A DNA stretch of 64,000 bases from an uncultured Anaerolinea sp. Lineage in GTDB: Bacteria > Chloroflexota > Anaerolineae > Anaerolineales > Anaerolineaceae. Below the pieces are notes generated by a model that saw nothing but the letters and a program-made list of their open reading frames with translations, made no database searches and was not told where the DNA came from. The DNA is taken from contig CAZMCF010000008.1 in the NCBI GenBank assembly GCA_964564935.1, positions 216 through 64,215 on the forward strand, written 5' to 3'. A program made the translations under genes and the position numbers. How positions within the stretch are numbered: the first letter of the stretch is position 1; each line of letters begins with the position of its first letter. Positions 9,302 through 19,061 of this stretch are shown one piece after another.

Positions 9302-10554
9302 GTCAGTACATCTTGCTGCGCCACCGCGATACGCCCGGCATAGATCAGTTGGATGTCTATCGCCGCCACGGCGGCTTCGAAGCCTGGCGCAAGGCATTGA
9401 CCTCCATGAAACCGGCTGAAGTGACCCAGGTGGTTAAGGATTCCGGCCTGCGCGGTCGAGGCGGAGCCGGGTTCCCGACCGGAATGAAGTGGTCCTTCTG
9501 CCCGGGTGACATCTGGCCGCATTACGTGGTCGCCAATGCCGACGAATCTGAGCCGGGTACCTTCAAAGACCGCGAGATCATGGAAGGCAACCCATTCCAG
9601 TTTCTGGAAGGGGTGATGCTCGCCTCCTACGCCGTCCTGGCCGAGCATGCCTACATCTACCTGCGCGGCGAGTTCTGGCAAATCGCCAGTCAACTTGAGG
9701 AAAAGATCGCCGGGCTTGAGGCCGCTGGTCTGCTCGGCGAGAAGATCCTCGGCAGCGATTTTTCTCTACGCCTGCACATTCATCTCGGCGCCGGGGCATA
9801 CATCTGCGGCGAGGAGACCGCCCTGCTCGAGTCGATCGAGGGCAGGCTGGGCCAGCCGCGCCTGCGCCCGCCCTTCCCGGCTGTGGCCGGTCTGTTCGCA
9901 AAGCCGACCGTGATCAATAACGTCGAGACTCTGACCAATCTGCCGCCGATCATCCAGAACGGTGCCGCCTGGTATCGCGAGTTTGGCACAGAGAAAAGCC
10001 CGGGCGTAAAGATATTCTCCCTCTCCGGCTGCGTCAACAGGCCAGGCAACTACGAATTGCCCCTGGCGACAACGTTCCGCGAACTGATCTACGAGCACGG
10101 CGGCGGCATCCCCGAGGGCCGCAGGATCAAGGCGATTATGGCTGCCGGGGCTTCGTCAGCGTTAATCGCCGCCGACGAGGCTGTCCTGGATACGCCGATG
10201 GATTATGAATCGGTTGCCCGGTTGGGCGCCTCGCTCGGCTCGGCTTCGGTGATCGTCATCGACGAGTCGGTCAACATCGCCTGGCTGACCCAGAAAACCA
10301 TTCACTTCTTCAAGCATGAATCTTGCGGCAAATGCACCCCCTGCCGCGAGGGCACCTACTGGATGGCCAGACTGGCCGACCGGATCGCATCCGGCGATGG
10401 AGACGAAAACGACGTGGACCTGCTGTACAGCGTCGCCCGTCAGATGCAGAACAAGTGTCTGTGCGCGTTGGGCGAATTTTCCACCGAGGCGGTCGTCTCC
10501 GGAATTCAAAAATTCCGTCAGGATTATGTCAAAGAAAGGCAGCTCAATGGCTGA
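9298..10554 (+). CDS. nuoF: NADH-quinone oxidoreductase subunit F
   Basis: SGLRGRGGAGFPTG, NADESEPGTFKDR, YICGEETAL, ESCGKCTPCREG. Confidence 0.95.
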   Translation: MSQYILLRHRDTPGIDQLDVYRRHGGFEAWRKALTSMKPAEVTQVVKDSGLRGRGGAGFPTGMKWSFCPGDIWPHYVVANADESEPGTFKDREIMEGNPFQFLEGVMLASYAVLAEHAYIYLRGEFWQIASQLEEKIAGLEAAGLLGEKILGSDFSLRLHIHLGAGAYICGEETALLESIEGRLGQPRLRPPFPAVAGLFAKPTVINNVETLTNLPPIIQNGAAWYREFGTEKSPGVKIFSLSGCVNRPGNYELPLATTFRELIYEHGGGIPEGRRIKAIMAAGASSALIAADEAVLDTPMDYESVARLGASLGSASVIVIDESVNIAWLTQKTIHFFKHESCGKCTPCREGTYWMARLADRIASGDGDENDVDLLYSVARQMQNKCLCALGEFSTEAVVSGIQKFRQDYVKERQLNG

Positions 10555-10596
10555 GGCGCGCGGAACACGCGCCCGGCTCGAGTTCGCGAGGTGTGT

Positions 10597-13083
10597 ATGC
10601 CCAAAATGGTAACGCTGACCATCGATGACAGGCAGGTGACCGTCCCGGTCGGGACGGTGGTCGTCGACGCTGCCAAGAAAGCCGGCATCGACATCCCTGT
10701 CTTCTGCTACCACCCCAAGATGGAGCCGGTCGGGATGTGCCGGATGTGCCTGGTTGAAATCGGCCGCCCGCTGATCGACCGGGCTACCGGACAGGTAGCG
10801 TTGAACGAAGACGGCACCCCCAAGATCCAATACGGCCCAAAGCTGGAGACCGGCTGCACGGTACCGGTCAGCGAGGGGATGGTCGTCCGCACCCAGACGC
10901 AGCAGGTCGAAGAAGCCCGAAAAGGCGTGCTTGAATTCCTGCTCACCTCTCACCCGCTCGACTGTCCGATCTGTGATAAGGGCGGGGAATGTCCCCTGCA
11001 AAACCTGACCATGGGCTACGGGCCGGGAGAATCCCGCTTCCGCTTCGAGGATAAGAAGCGCCTGGCCAAGCGGGTTCCCCTCGGCGAGCTGATCGTCCTC
11101 GACCGCGAGCGCTGCATCCAGTGCGCGCGCTGTGTCCGCTTTCAGGATCTGGTAGTCGACGATCCGGTCATCGGTTTTTACAACCGCGGGCGCAGCCTGG
11201 AGATCGTCACCTACTCTGAGCCGGGCTTCGATTCGATCTTCTCCGGCAACACGACCGATATCTGTCCAGTCGGAGCGCTGACCACCGCCGATTTCCGCTT
11301 CGGCGCCCGCCCCTGGGAGCTGACTCCTTCCGCTTCCATCTGTCCGCACTGCCCGGTCGGGTGCAATTTAACCCTCAATGTGCGCCGCGAGGACAAAGCC
11401 GGCGGGGTCTCGGTGATCAAGCGCATCCTTCCCCGCCAAAACGAATTGGTCAACGAGATCTGGATTTGCGATAAGGGCCGCTTTAGCTATCATTTTACCG
11501 AGAGCCGCGAGCGTCTGGAACACCCGCTGGTGCGCAGGAACGGCGAGCTGGTCTCTGCTTCGTGGGACGAGGCGCTCGATCTGGTTGCAGCGAAGATCAA
11601 AGAGGCCAATACGCTGGTCGCCCTGGCCGGCGGGCGGCTCTCCAATGAGGACCTGTTCAATCTGCGCGAGCTGACCGCAGCGAAAAACGGGAAGGCCCTG
11701 CTCTACGCGGATATGGCCGGCGGCGATCTGACCGCCCGCTACGGCCTGCCCCCCGGCAGTAACTTTGCCGAGATGGGCAAGGGGTCGGCGATCCTCGTCA
11801 TCGCCAGCGATTTGCACCAGGAAGCACCGCTCTGGTGGCTGCGGGTCAAGCAGGCTGCCCAACGCGGAGCAGCGTTAATCGTCGCCAACCCGCGCGCCAC
11901 CCGCCTGGATTCATACGCTGCCCACGCCGTGCGCTATTCCTACGGCGAGGAGACGGCGGTTCTGGCTGCTTTTCTACCTGACACCCGCCCGCCCCGGGAT
12001 CTGCAGGCAGCAGCGGCCGCCTTTGCCGCCGCTGAAAATCGGGTCATCCTCTTTGGCGGCGAGGGTTTGGGACTGGCAGGCTCGCGGGCAGTTGCCCAAA
12101 CCGCGGCGGCCGTCCTGGCGGGCTTCGGCAGGGTCGACGCGCCGAACAACGGCATGGTCGGCGTCTGGCAGCGGGCCAACGACCAGGGCGCCTGGGAAAC
12201 CGGCTTTCGCCCGGCAGACGATCTGGCCGCCGAATTGAGTTCGGCCGGCGTACTGCTGATCGCCGCGGCTGACCCGGCTGGCGACGACCCTGCTCTGGCC
12301 GAAGCCGTATCGCAGGCCGGCTTCGTCGTCGTCCAGGAGTTGTTCCTGAGTGAGACAGCCCGCCGCGCGGACGTGGTTCTCCCTGCCCAGGCCTGGGTCG
12401 AGCGCGAGGGCTCGCTGACCTCCGGCGAACGCCGCGTCCAGCGTTACTATCCCGCCCTGCCGCCGCGCGGCGAATCCCGCCCAGACTATGCCATTACCGC
12501 CCAGATCGGTCAGCGCCTGGGTCTTGATCTTGAAGGCCGGGCTGCCTCGCTGGTCTTCCTCCGCATGGCTGCCGGTCTGGAGACCTTCGCCGGACTGAGC
12601 TATCAGCGCCTGAGCGAGACCGGCGAGCAGTGGCCGATCATCGGCCGGGCGGATGTGTATTACGGCGGCACGGCCTACGACAATCACCAGGGGCTTGGCT
12701 CGCCCCTGGCTCTGGCTGGAGAGGGAGAAGCCCCGGCGCCGGCTGCCCCGGCCAAACCAAAAGCCAGGAAAAAAGGTGATCTGCTCCTCGTTCCGGTGAC
12801 CCGGCTGTACGACCGCGGCGCGACGCTGCTCCCCACCCGGCTGCTCTCTCAGCGGATGGCGGAGCGTCAGGTCTGGCTGCATCCGCGGACCGCCGCAGAA
12901 CTGGGGTTGGAAGATGCCGGGCAGGTTGAGATTCACCTGAGCACGGGAATTGTCGCAGCCGGGCTGCGCCTGGACGAGACCGTTCCGCTGGGCGTGGGAC
13001 TCGTCCCGCGCAGTGTTGGAATTCCGTTATTCGCTCCCCAGGCGGCTGCGCTGGTTCAGCCCGCTTTGGCGGCTGAGGCGTAA
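10597..13083 (+). CDS. nuoG: NADH-quinone oxidoreductase subunit G
   Basis: CYHP..GMCRMC, HPLDCPICDKGGEC, CIQCARC, CPHCPVGC; molybdopterin-like C-terminal domains. Confidence 0.95.
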   Translation: MPKMVTLTIDDRQVTVPVGTVVVDAAKKAGIDIPVFCYHPKMEPVGMCRMCLVEIGRPLIDRATGQVALNEDGTPKIQYGPKLETGCTVPVSEGMVVRTQTQQVEEARKGVLEFLLTSHPLDCPICDKGGECPLQNLTMGYGPGESRFRFEDKKRLAKRVPLGELIVLDRERCIQCARCVRFQDLVVDDPVIGFYNRGRSLEIVTYSEPGFDSIFSGNTTDICPVGALTTADFRFGARPWELTPSASICPHCPVGCNLTLNVRREDKAGGVSVIKRILPRQNELVNEIWICDKGRFSYHFTESRERLEHPLVRRNGELVSASWDEALDLVAAKIKEANTLVALAGGRLSNEDLFNLRELTAAKNGKALLYADMAGGDLTARYGLPPGSNFAEMGKGSAILVIASDLHQEAPLWWLRVKQAAQRGAALIVANPRATRLDSYAAHAVRYSYGEETAVLAAFLPDTRPPRDLQAAAAAFAAAENRVILFGGEGLGLAGSRAVAQTAAAVLAGFGRVDAPNNGMVGVWQRANDQGAWETGFRPADDLAAELSSAGVLLIAAADPAGDDPALAEAVSQAGFVVVQELFLSETARRADVVLPAQAWVEREGSLTSGERRVQRYYPALPPRGESRPDYAITAQIGQRLGLDLEGRAASLVFLRMAAGLETFAGLSYQRLSETGEQWPIIGRADVYYGGTAYDNHQGLGSPLALAGEGEAPAPAAPAKPKARKKGDLLLVPVTRLYDRGATLLPTRLLSQRMAERQVWLHPRTAAELGLEDAGQVEIHLSTGIVAAGLRLDETVPLGVGLVPRSVGIPLFAPQAAALVQPALAAEA

Positions 13084-13096
13084 AGGAGAGGGGTGC

Positions 13097-14128
13097 ATGG
13101 TCACTGCTGGAATGATTTGGGAATGGGTCATCAAATCTCTCGTCATCATTCTGTTCATGACGGCGGGTTTCGCCTACACCACCCTTTACGAGCGTAAGGT
13201 TTTGGCCCGCATTCAATCCCGCATCGGCCCTAACCGCGCTGGCCCGTTCGGCATCCTTCAGCCGGTGGCGGACGGCCTCAAACTGATCTTCAAAGAGGAG
13301 CTGATCCCATCCTACGCCGATAAGTTCATTTTCATCCTTGCTCCGGTCATCACGGTGATACCGGCATTGATCATCACCGCAGTGATCCCCTGGGGCGAGA
13401 CCTTCACCATTGGTTCGCGCACCTACACCTGGTATCTGGCCGACATCAACATCGCCGTGCTCTATCTGATGGCGGTCACATCGATCTCGGTCTATGGGAT
13501 CACCCTGGCGGGCTGGTCCTCGAACAACAAATACGCCCTGCTCGGCGGGCTGCGTTCCACTGCCCAGATGATCAGCTACGAGCTGGCTCTCGGTCTGGCT
13601 TTTGTCGGGCCGATCATGCTGGCTGGCTCGATGAGCCTGGTCGATATCGTCCGCGCCCAGGAGAAGCTGTGGTATATCTTCCTCCAGCCGGCCGGTTTCG
13701 CTATTTTCTTCGCCGCCTCGATCGCCGAGGTCAACCGCGCCCCGTTCGATATGCCCGAGGCCGAGCAGGAGTTGACCGCCGGGTACCACAGCGAGTATTC
13801 CGGGATGAAGTTCGCCCTCTTCTTCATGGCCGAATACATCAAAATGATTGCCGTGGCGATGATCGGATCGACTCTCTTCCTCGGGGGCTATCTCTCGCCG
13901 CTCAGCTTCCTGGCGAACCTGTCGGTCGTCGGCTGGATCTTCGCCGGCGGACCGCACTGGCTGCTGATCAAAGTGGCCGTCTGGCTGTTTGGCATGATCT
14001 GGATCCGCGCGACGCTGCCGCGCATCCGCTACGATCGATTGATGCAAATGGGGTGGAAAATCCTGTTTCCGATTGGCATGTTGAACGTGATTATCACTGC
14101 CGTCGTGATCGTCCTGGTAGGAGGTTAA
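13097..14128 (+). CDS. nuoH: NADH-quinone oxidoreductase subunit H
   Basis: ERKVLARIQSRIGPNR, ADGLKLIFKE, NRAPFDMPEAE; ATG 13097 after AAAGGAG. Confidence 0.95.
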   Translation: MVTAGMIWEWVIKSLVIILFMTAGFAYTTLYERKVLARIQSRIGPNRAGPFGILQPVADGLKLIFKEELIPSYADKFIFILAPVITVIPALIITAVIPWGETFTIGSRTYTWYLADINIAVLYLMAVTSISVYGITLAGWSSNNKYALLGGLRSTAQMISYELALGLAFVGPIMLAGSMSLVDIVRAQEKLWYIFLQPAGFAIFFAASIAEVNRAPFDMPEAEQELTAGYHSEYSGMKFALFFMAEYIKMIAVAMIGSTLFLGGYLSPLSFLANLSVVGWIFAGGPHWLLIKVAVWLFGMIWIRATLPRIRYDRLMQMGWKILFPIGMLNVIITAVVIVLVGG

Positions 14129-14132
14129 CCCC

Positions 14133-14624
14133 ATGCTGAAAGGTCTGCTGACCACGTTACTTTCCTTCACAAAGAAACCGGTCACCATTGAGTATCCAGA
14201 GGTGAAACGGCCGGTGAGCGCCCGTTTTAAGGGACGGCACGTCCTTAAGCGTTACGAGAACGGATTGGAAAAATGTATCGGCTGCTCGCTGTGCGCCGCG
14301 GCCTGTCCCTCGGACGCGATCTTCGTCGAAGCGGCTGAAAACTCGGACGAGGAACGCTACTCGCCGGGCGAGCGGTACGCCAGCACTTACGAGATCAACA
14401 TGATACGCTGCATCTTCTGCGGTTTCTGCGAAGATGCCTGCCCGACTGAAGCGATCGTCCTCGGCGATAACTACGAACTGTCCTTCACCGAACGGAGCCA
14501 GTCGATCTACACCAAAGAGATGCTCCTCGAGCCGGTTCCGCAAGGCGGGCAGCCGACTCCGCAGAAAACGCCGGCGGGCGTCTACACCCGCGCGGTGCCC
14601 GAAATGCAGGATCCCACGGACTGA
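14133..14624 (+). CDS. nuoI: NADH-quinone oxidoreductase subunit I
   Basis: CIGCSLCAAACP and CIFCGFCEDACP. Confidence 0.95.
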   Translation: MLKGLLTTLLSFTKKPVTIEYPEVKRPVSARFKGRHVLKRYENGLEKCIGCSLCAAACPSDAIFVEAAENSDEERYSPGERYASTYEINMIRCIFCGFCEDACPTEAIVLGDNYELSFTERSQSIYTKEMLLEPVPQGGQPTPQKTPAGVYTRAVPEMQDPTD

Positions 14625-14636
14625 GGGAGGGTTTGG

Positions 14637-15179
14637 ATGGCGATAGGCACAATCATCGTTTTTGGGATCATGGGATTGGTGGTGGTGGCGTCGGCGGTGG
14701 GGATGCTGATCAGCCGCAACGCCGTGTACGCTGCCATGTTCCTCGTCCTGAATTTCCTGACGGTCGGCTTCATGTATCTCTCGCTTGGCGCGGCGTTCAT
14801 CGCCCTGGCCCAGGTGACCGTCTATGCCGGCTCGATCATGGTCCTGTTCCTGTTCGTGATCATGCTGCTCGGCGGCGAGCAGCTGCCCTTCATCGATGCG
14901 CTGCGCGGGCAGCGGCTGGTCGGGGTGCTGATCGGCATCGCCTTCCTGGCCGAGATCGTCCTCTACGTGGTGATGCGCGGCGACCCCGGCGGCAGCATCC
15001 GCCTGACCGGCGGCACTTTCGCCACTCCCGCATCGATCGGCATGCTGCTCTTTAACCGCTACCTGTTGCCCTTTGAAATCACCTCGGTGCTCTTGCTGGC
15101 GGCGGTAATCGGCGCGATTTTCCTCACCCGCGGCGCGAAAGCGCCAAAAGGCGAGCCAGCCCAACTTGGTAAGGAGTAG
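14637..15179 (+). CDS. nuoJ: NADH-quinone oxidoreductase subunit J
   Basis: QVTVYAGSIMVLFLFVIMLL, PFEITSVLLL. Confidence 0.93.
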   Translation: MAIGTIIVFGIMGLVVVASAVGMLISRNAVYAAMFLVLNFLTVGFMYLSLGAAFIALAQVTVYAGSIMVLFLFVIMLLGGEQLPFIDALRGQRLVGVLIGIAFLAEIVLYVVMRGDPGGSIRLTGGTFATPASIGMLLFNRYLLPFEITSVLLLAAVIGAIFLTRGAKAPKGEPAQLGKE

Positions 15180-15191
15180 GAGGGAACGCCC

Positions 15192-15491
15192 ATGCCCATG
15201 ATGTATTATCTCGGCCTATCGGCCTTTATGTTTGCGATTGGCATCATCGGGGTGGTCATCCGCCGCAACCCGCTGGTCATCTTCATGTCGCTCGAGCTGA
15301 TGTTCAACGCCGCCAATCTGGTTTTTGTTTCCTTCGCCTCCTTCCATCAGGTGCTGGATGGCGAGCTGTTCGTCTTTTTCGTGATGACCACAGCCGCCGC
15401 CGAGGTTGCCGTCGGCCTGGCGCTGATGGTGGCGATCTTCCGCGCCAAGAAGACCATCGACGTGGATCAAATGTCCAGCCTGAAAGGATAA
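15192..15491 (+). CDS. nuoK: NADH-quinone oxidoreductase subunit K
   Basis: [21 protein letters not shown]. Confidence 0.95.
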   Translation: MPMMYYLGLSAFMFAIGIIGVVIRRNPLVIFMSLELMFNAANLVFVSFASFHQVLDGELFVFFVMTTAAAEVAVGLALMVAIFRAKKTIDVDQMSSLKG

Positions 15492-15497
15492 GCCGCG

Positions 15498-17480
15498 ATG
15501 AGCCTGAGCGAAACCGCTGTGATCGATCCTCTCTTCGCCCTGGCGCCCTGGGTGGTCTTTTTACCGGTCATCGGGATCCTGCTCAACCTGCTGATCGGCA
15601 GGCGGCTGGGCGAGAAGGGCATCGGCGCGATTGCCAGCCTGGCCGCCGGCGGCTCCTTTGTCGTCTCGGCGCTGCTGGCTTACGGGCTCTGGCGCAGCCC
15701 GGAAGGCGGCGCGCTGCTGCTGGCGAAATGGCTGCAGATCGGCTCCTTTGACATCAACTGGGCTTTTCGGATCGATACCCTCTCGGCGGTGATGATGCTG
15801 GTCGTTTCCGGGGTCGGCACGCTGATCCATATCTACTCGATCGGCTACATGCACGCCGACGTGCGCCACAACGGCGACCCGGACCGCTTCCGCCGCTTCT
15901 TTGTCTTCCTCAATCTGTTCATCGCCGCGATGATGATCCTGGTCTCAGCCGATAACTTCCTTATGTTGTTCGTCGGCTGGGAGGGGGTCGGGCTGTGTTC
16001 TTATCTCCTGATCGGCTTCTGGTTCGAGAAGGGCGAAGGCGGGATCGCCAACGCGAAAGCAGCTAAAAAAGCCTTCGTTGTCAATCGAATCGGCGACTTC
16101 GGCCTGCTGATCGCGCTCTTCCTGCTCTTCTACCACTTTGGCACGCTCGATTTCAGCGAGATCTTTGCCAGGGCGCCCCAGGTGGCCGCCGCAGCGCCGG
16201 GCGCGGTGCTGGCGGTCACCCTGTTCATGCTGCTTGGCGTGACGGGCAAATCGGCCCAGCTGCCGCTTTACGTCTGGCTGCCGGACGCCATGGCCGGCCC
16301 GACCCCGGTCTCGGCGTTGATCCATGCCGCGACGATGGTCACCGCTGGAGTGTACCTGGTAGCCCGTACTCAGGCGCTCTACGTCGAGGTACCCCTCGCC
16401 CAGGATATGGTCACCTGGGTGGGCGGGCTGACCGCCCTGTTCGCGGCGACGATCGCGGTCGGTCAGAACGACATCAAGCGCGTATTGGCATATTCGACCA
16501 TCAGCCAGCTTGGCTTCATGGTAACGGCAGTAGGGATGGGCGCGGCAGTGGCGGGCATGTTTCACCTGGTCACCCACGCTTTCTTCAAAGCGCTGCTCTT
16601 CCTGGCAGCCGGCAGCGTCATCCTCGGCGTGGAGCACGGGCACGAACACGCCGCTGCCCGCGGGCATGCGGAATTCGACCCGCAGGACATGCGCAACATG
16701 GGCGGTCTGCGCAGCCGCATGCCGCTCACTTTTTGGGTCTATCTGATCGGCGCGCTGGCCCTGGCGGGGACCGCTCCGCTGGCGGGATTCTTCTCGAAGG
16801 ATGAAATTCTCCTCTCGGCCAGCCAGCGTCAGCCGGCGGTGTACGCCCTGTTGCTGGCGGCGGCTTTCTTGACCGCCTTTTATATGGGCCGCCAGTTGAT
16901 GATGGTCTTCTTCGGTAAAGCTCGCAGCAGCGCGGCCGAAGGCGCCCGGGAAAGCCCGTTAATCGTCACCCTGCCGCTGGTGGTTCTGGCTCTGCTCTCG
17001 CTTGGCGGCGGGGTGCTTAACCTGCCCGGCAGTCACTGGCTGGAAACCTGGCTGGAGCACACCTTCCACGGCGGCAAGCCAGGCGGGTTCAATTGGACGG
17101 TCGCGCTGACCTCGCTTGGCGTTGCCCTCTTCGGGCTCCTCCTGGCCTGGCTCGTCTACGGGCGCAGGCCGCTGACCAGCGCTGAAACCCCCGACCCGCT
17201 CGCCCGCCCGCTCGGACCGCTTTTCCGCGGGATGCAGCGCAAGTGGTGGGTCGATGAGCTGTATCAGGCGGTCTTCGTCCGCCCATATTACGCTCTCGCC
17301 GACTTTCTGGCCGGCCCGGTCGATCAGACCGTGATCGACGGGGCAGCCAATGGGATGGGCAGGCTGGTGAGCGGGACAGCCAGCCTCTGGCGCAGCCTGC
17401 AGAACGGCTATGTTCGCTCCTATGCGCTCACGATTTTAATCGGCGTGGCCTTAGTCATTGCCTACCTCGCCCTGCGTTGA
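15498..17480 (+). CDS. nuoL: NADH-quinone oxidoreductase subunit L
   Basis: GWEGVG, KSAQLPLYVWLPDAMAGPTPVSALIHAATMV. Confidence 0.95.
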   Translation: MSLSETAVIDPLFALAPWVVFLPVIGILLNLLIGRRLGEKGIGAIASLAAGGSFVVSALLAYGLWRSPEGGALLLAKWLQIGSFDINWAFRIDTLSAVMMLVVSGVGTLIHIYSIGYMHADVRHNGDPDRFRRFFVFLNLFIAAMMILVSADNFLMLFVGWEGVGLCSYLLIGFWFEKGEGGIANAKAAKKAFVVNRIGDFGLLIALFLLFYHFGTLDFSEIFARAPQVAAAAPGAVLAVTLFMLLGVTGKSAQLPLYVWLPDAMAGPTPVSALIHAATMVTAGVYLVARTQALYVEVPLAQDMVTWVGGLTALFAATIAVGQNDIKRVLAYSTISQLGFMVTAVGMGAAVAGMFHLVTHAFFKALLFLAAGSVILGVEHGHEHAAARGHAEFDPQDMRNMGGLRSRMPLTFWVYLIGALALAGTAPLAGFFSKDEILLSASQRQPAVYALLLAAAFLTAFYMGRQLMMVFFGKARSSAAEGARESPLIVTLPLVVLALLSLGGGVLNLPGSHWLETWLEHTFHGGKPGGFNWTVALTSLGVALFGLLLAWLVYGRRPLTSAETPDPLARPLGPLFRGMQRKWWVDELYQAVFVRPYYALADFLAGPVDQTVIDGAANGMGRLVSGTASLWRSLQNGYVRSYALTILIGVALVIAYLALR

Positions 17481-17543
17481 TTTTATGTGTGATCCTGGCC
17501 CGGACCTCCTGGCGGGACTGAACTTTTACCCTGAGGACTGGTT

Positions 17544-19052
17544 ATGAATTTTGGGATCCATCCGCTTGTTCTGGTGACCTTCTTCCCCCTGTTGGGGTTT
17601 CTGGTCATCCTGTTCATCCCGCGTGAACAGAAGAATGCCATCCGCTGGACGGCTCTGCTCACCTCGCTGCTGAATTTCGCCATCGCCCTGTGGGTGCTGG
17701 CCCAATTTGACCGCGGCAACGGCGGCATCCAACTGGTCGTCCGCGAGCACTGGCTGCGGCTGCCCGGAATCAGCATCGACTTCTACCTGGGCGTCGACGG
17801 GATGAGCCTGCTGCTGGTCCTGCTGACGACCTTCCTGACCCCGATCACGATTTTATCCACCTGGTCGGCTGTCGAGGAGAAGGTCAAGGGCTTCATGCTC
17901 TTCTTCCTGCTGTTGGAAGTGGGTATGAACGGAGTCTTCCTTGCGCTCGACCTGGTCCTCTTCTACGTATTCTGGGAATTTACCCTGATCCCCATGTATT
18001 TTCTGATCGGTGTGTGGGGCGGCGAGCGGCGCATCTACGCTGCGGTTAAGTTCTTCCTCTTCACCATGTCTGGCTCGCTGCTGATGCTCCTGGCGATCCT
18101 GTTCATCGGCTGGACGGCGGGGTCATTCGCCTGGGAGGACCTGCTGGCCAGCCGTGATTTGTTCGCCTCGGTCCAGCTCTGGCTGTTTCTGGCCTTTGGA
18201 CTGGCGTTTGCCATCAAGGTGCCGATGTTCCCCTTGCACACCTGGCTGCCGGACGCCCACGTCGAGGCGCCCACGGCAGGATCGGTCATTCTGGCAGGGG
18301 TGCTCCTCAAAATGGGCGCGTACGGCTTTCTGCGCTTCAACCTGCCGCTTTTCCCGCAGGCGTCGGTTCAGGCGGCGCCGTGGATGGCGGCTCTTGCGGT
18401 GATCGGCATCCTCTACGGCGCGGCGGTGGCCCTGGCGCAGAAGGACGTGAAGAAACTGGTGGCGTATTCCTCGGTCAGCCACCTCGGCTTCGTCATGCTG
18501 GGTGTGTTCGCCCTGACCATTCAGGGTGTTTCCGGCGGGGTGCTGCAGATGATCAACCATGGGCTGAGCACCGGCGCGCTGTTCCTGATCGTCGGAATGC
18601 TCTACGAGCGCCGCCACACCCGCGAGATGAGCGCCTTCGGCGGAATCTGGAAAGTCATGCCGGTTTTCGCCGGGCTTTCGCTGATTGTCACTCTGTCCTC
18701 GATGGGACTGCCAGGGCTGAACGGATTTATCGGCGAGTTCACCATTCTACTTGGGTCCTTTGGCGCGCAGGCGCTGGGCTCGCCGTGGTTTGCTGGCGTC
18801 GCAACGGGCGGTGTGATCCTCGCGGCGGTTTATTTACTGGTCATGTTCGAGAAGGTCTTTTTAGGGCCGGTCAAGGTAGAGGCCAATCGGGCGCTCAAAG
18901 ATTTAAATGCTCGAGAAATTATCACGCTGCTGCCCATCCTGATCTTGATCTTTTGGATTGGACTGTATCCGCAGCCGTTCTTCCAGTTGATCAACCCGAG
19001 CGTCGAGCGGCTGGTCGCCCTGGTTCAGACTGCGGCGATGGCTGTCCATTAG
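17544..19052 (+). CDS. nuoM: NADH-quinone oxidoreductase subunit M
   Basis: FWEFTLIP, KVPMFPLHTWLPDAHVEAPT. Confidence 0.95.
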   Translation: MNFGIHPLVLVTFFPLLGFLVILFIPREQKNAIRWTALLTSLLNFAIALWVLAQFDRGNGGIQLVVREHWLRLPGISIDFYLGVDGMSLLLVLLTTFLTPITILSTWSAVEEKVKGFMLFFLLLEVGMNGVFLALDLVLFYVFWEFTLIPMYFLIGVWGGERRIYAAVKFFLFTMSGSLLMLLAILFIGWTAGSFAWEDLLASRDLFASVQLWLFLAFGLAFAIKVPMFPLHTWLPDAHVEAPTAGSVILAGVLLKMGAYGFLRFNLPLFPQASVQAAPWMAALAVIGILYGAAVALAQKDVKKLVAYSSVSHLGFVMLGVFALTIQGVSGGVLQMINHGLSTGALFLIVGMLYERRHTREMSAFGGIWKVMPVFAGLSLIVTLSSMGLPGLNGFIGEFTILLGSFGAQALGSPWFAGVATGGVILAAVYLLVMFEKVFLGPVKVEANRALKDLNAREIITLLPILILIFWIGLYPQPFFQLINPSVERLVALVQTAAMAVH

Positions 19053-19061
19053 GAGCGAAAG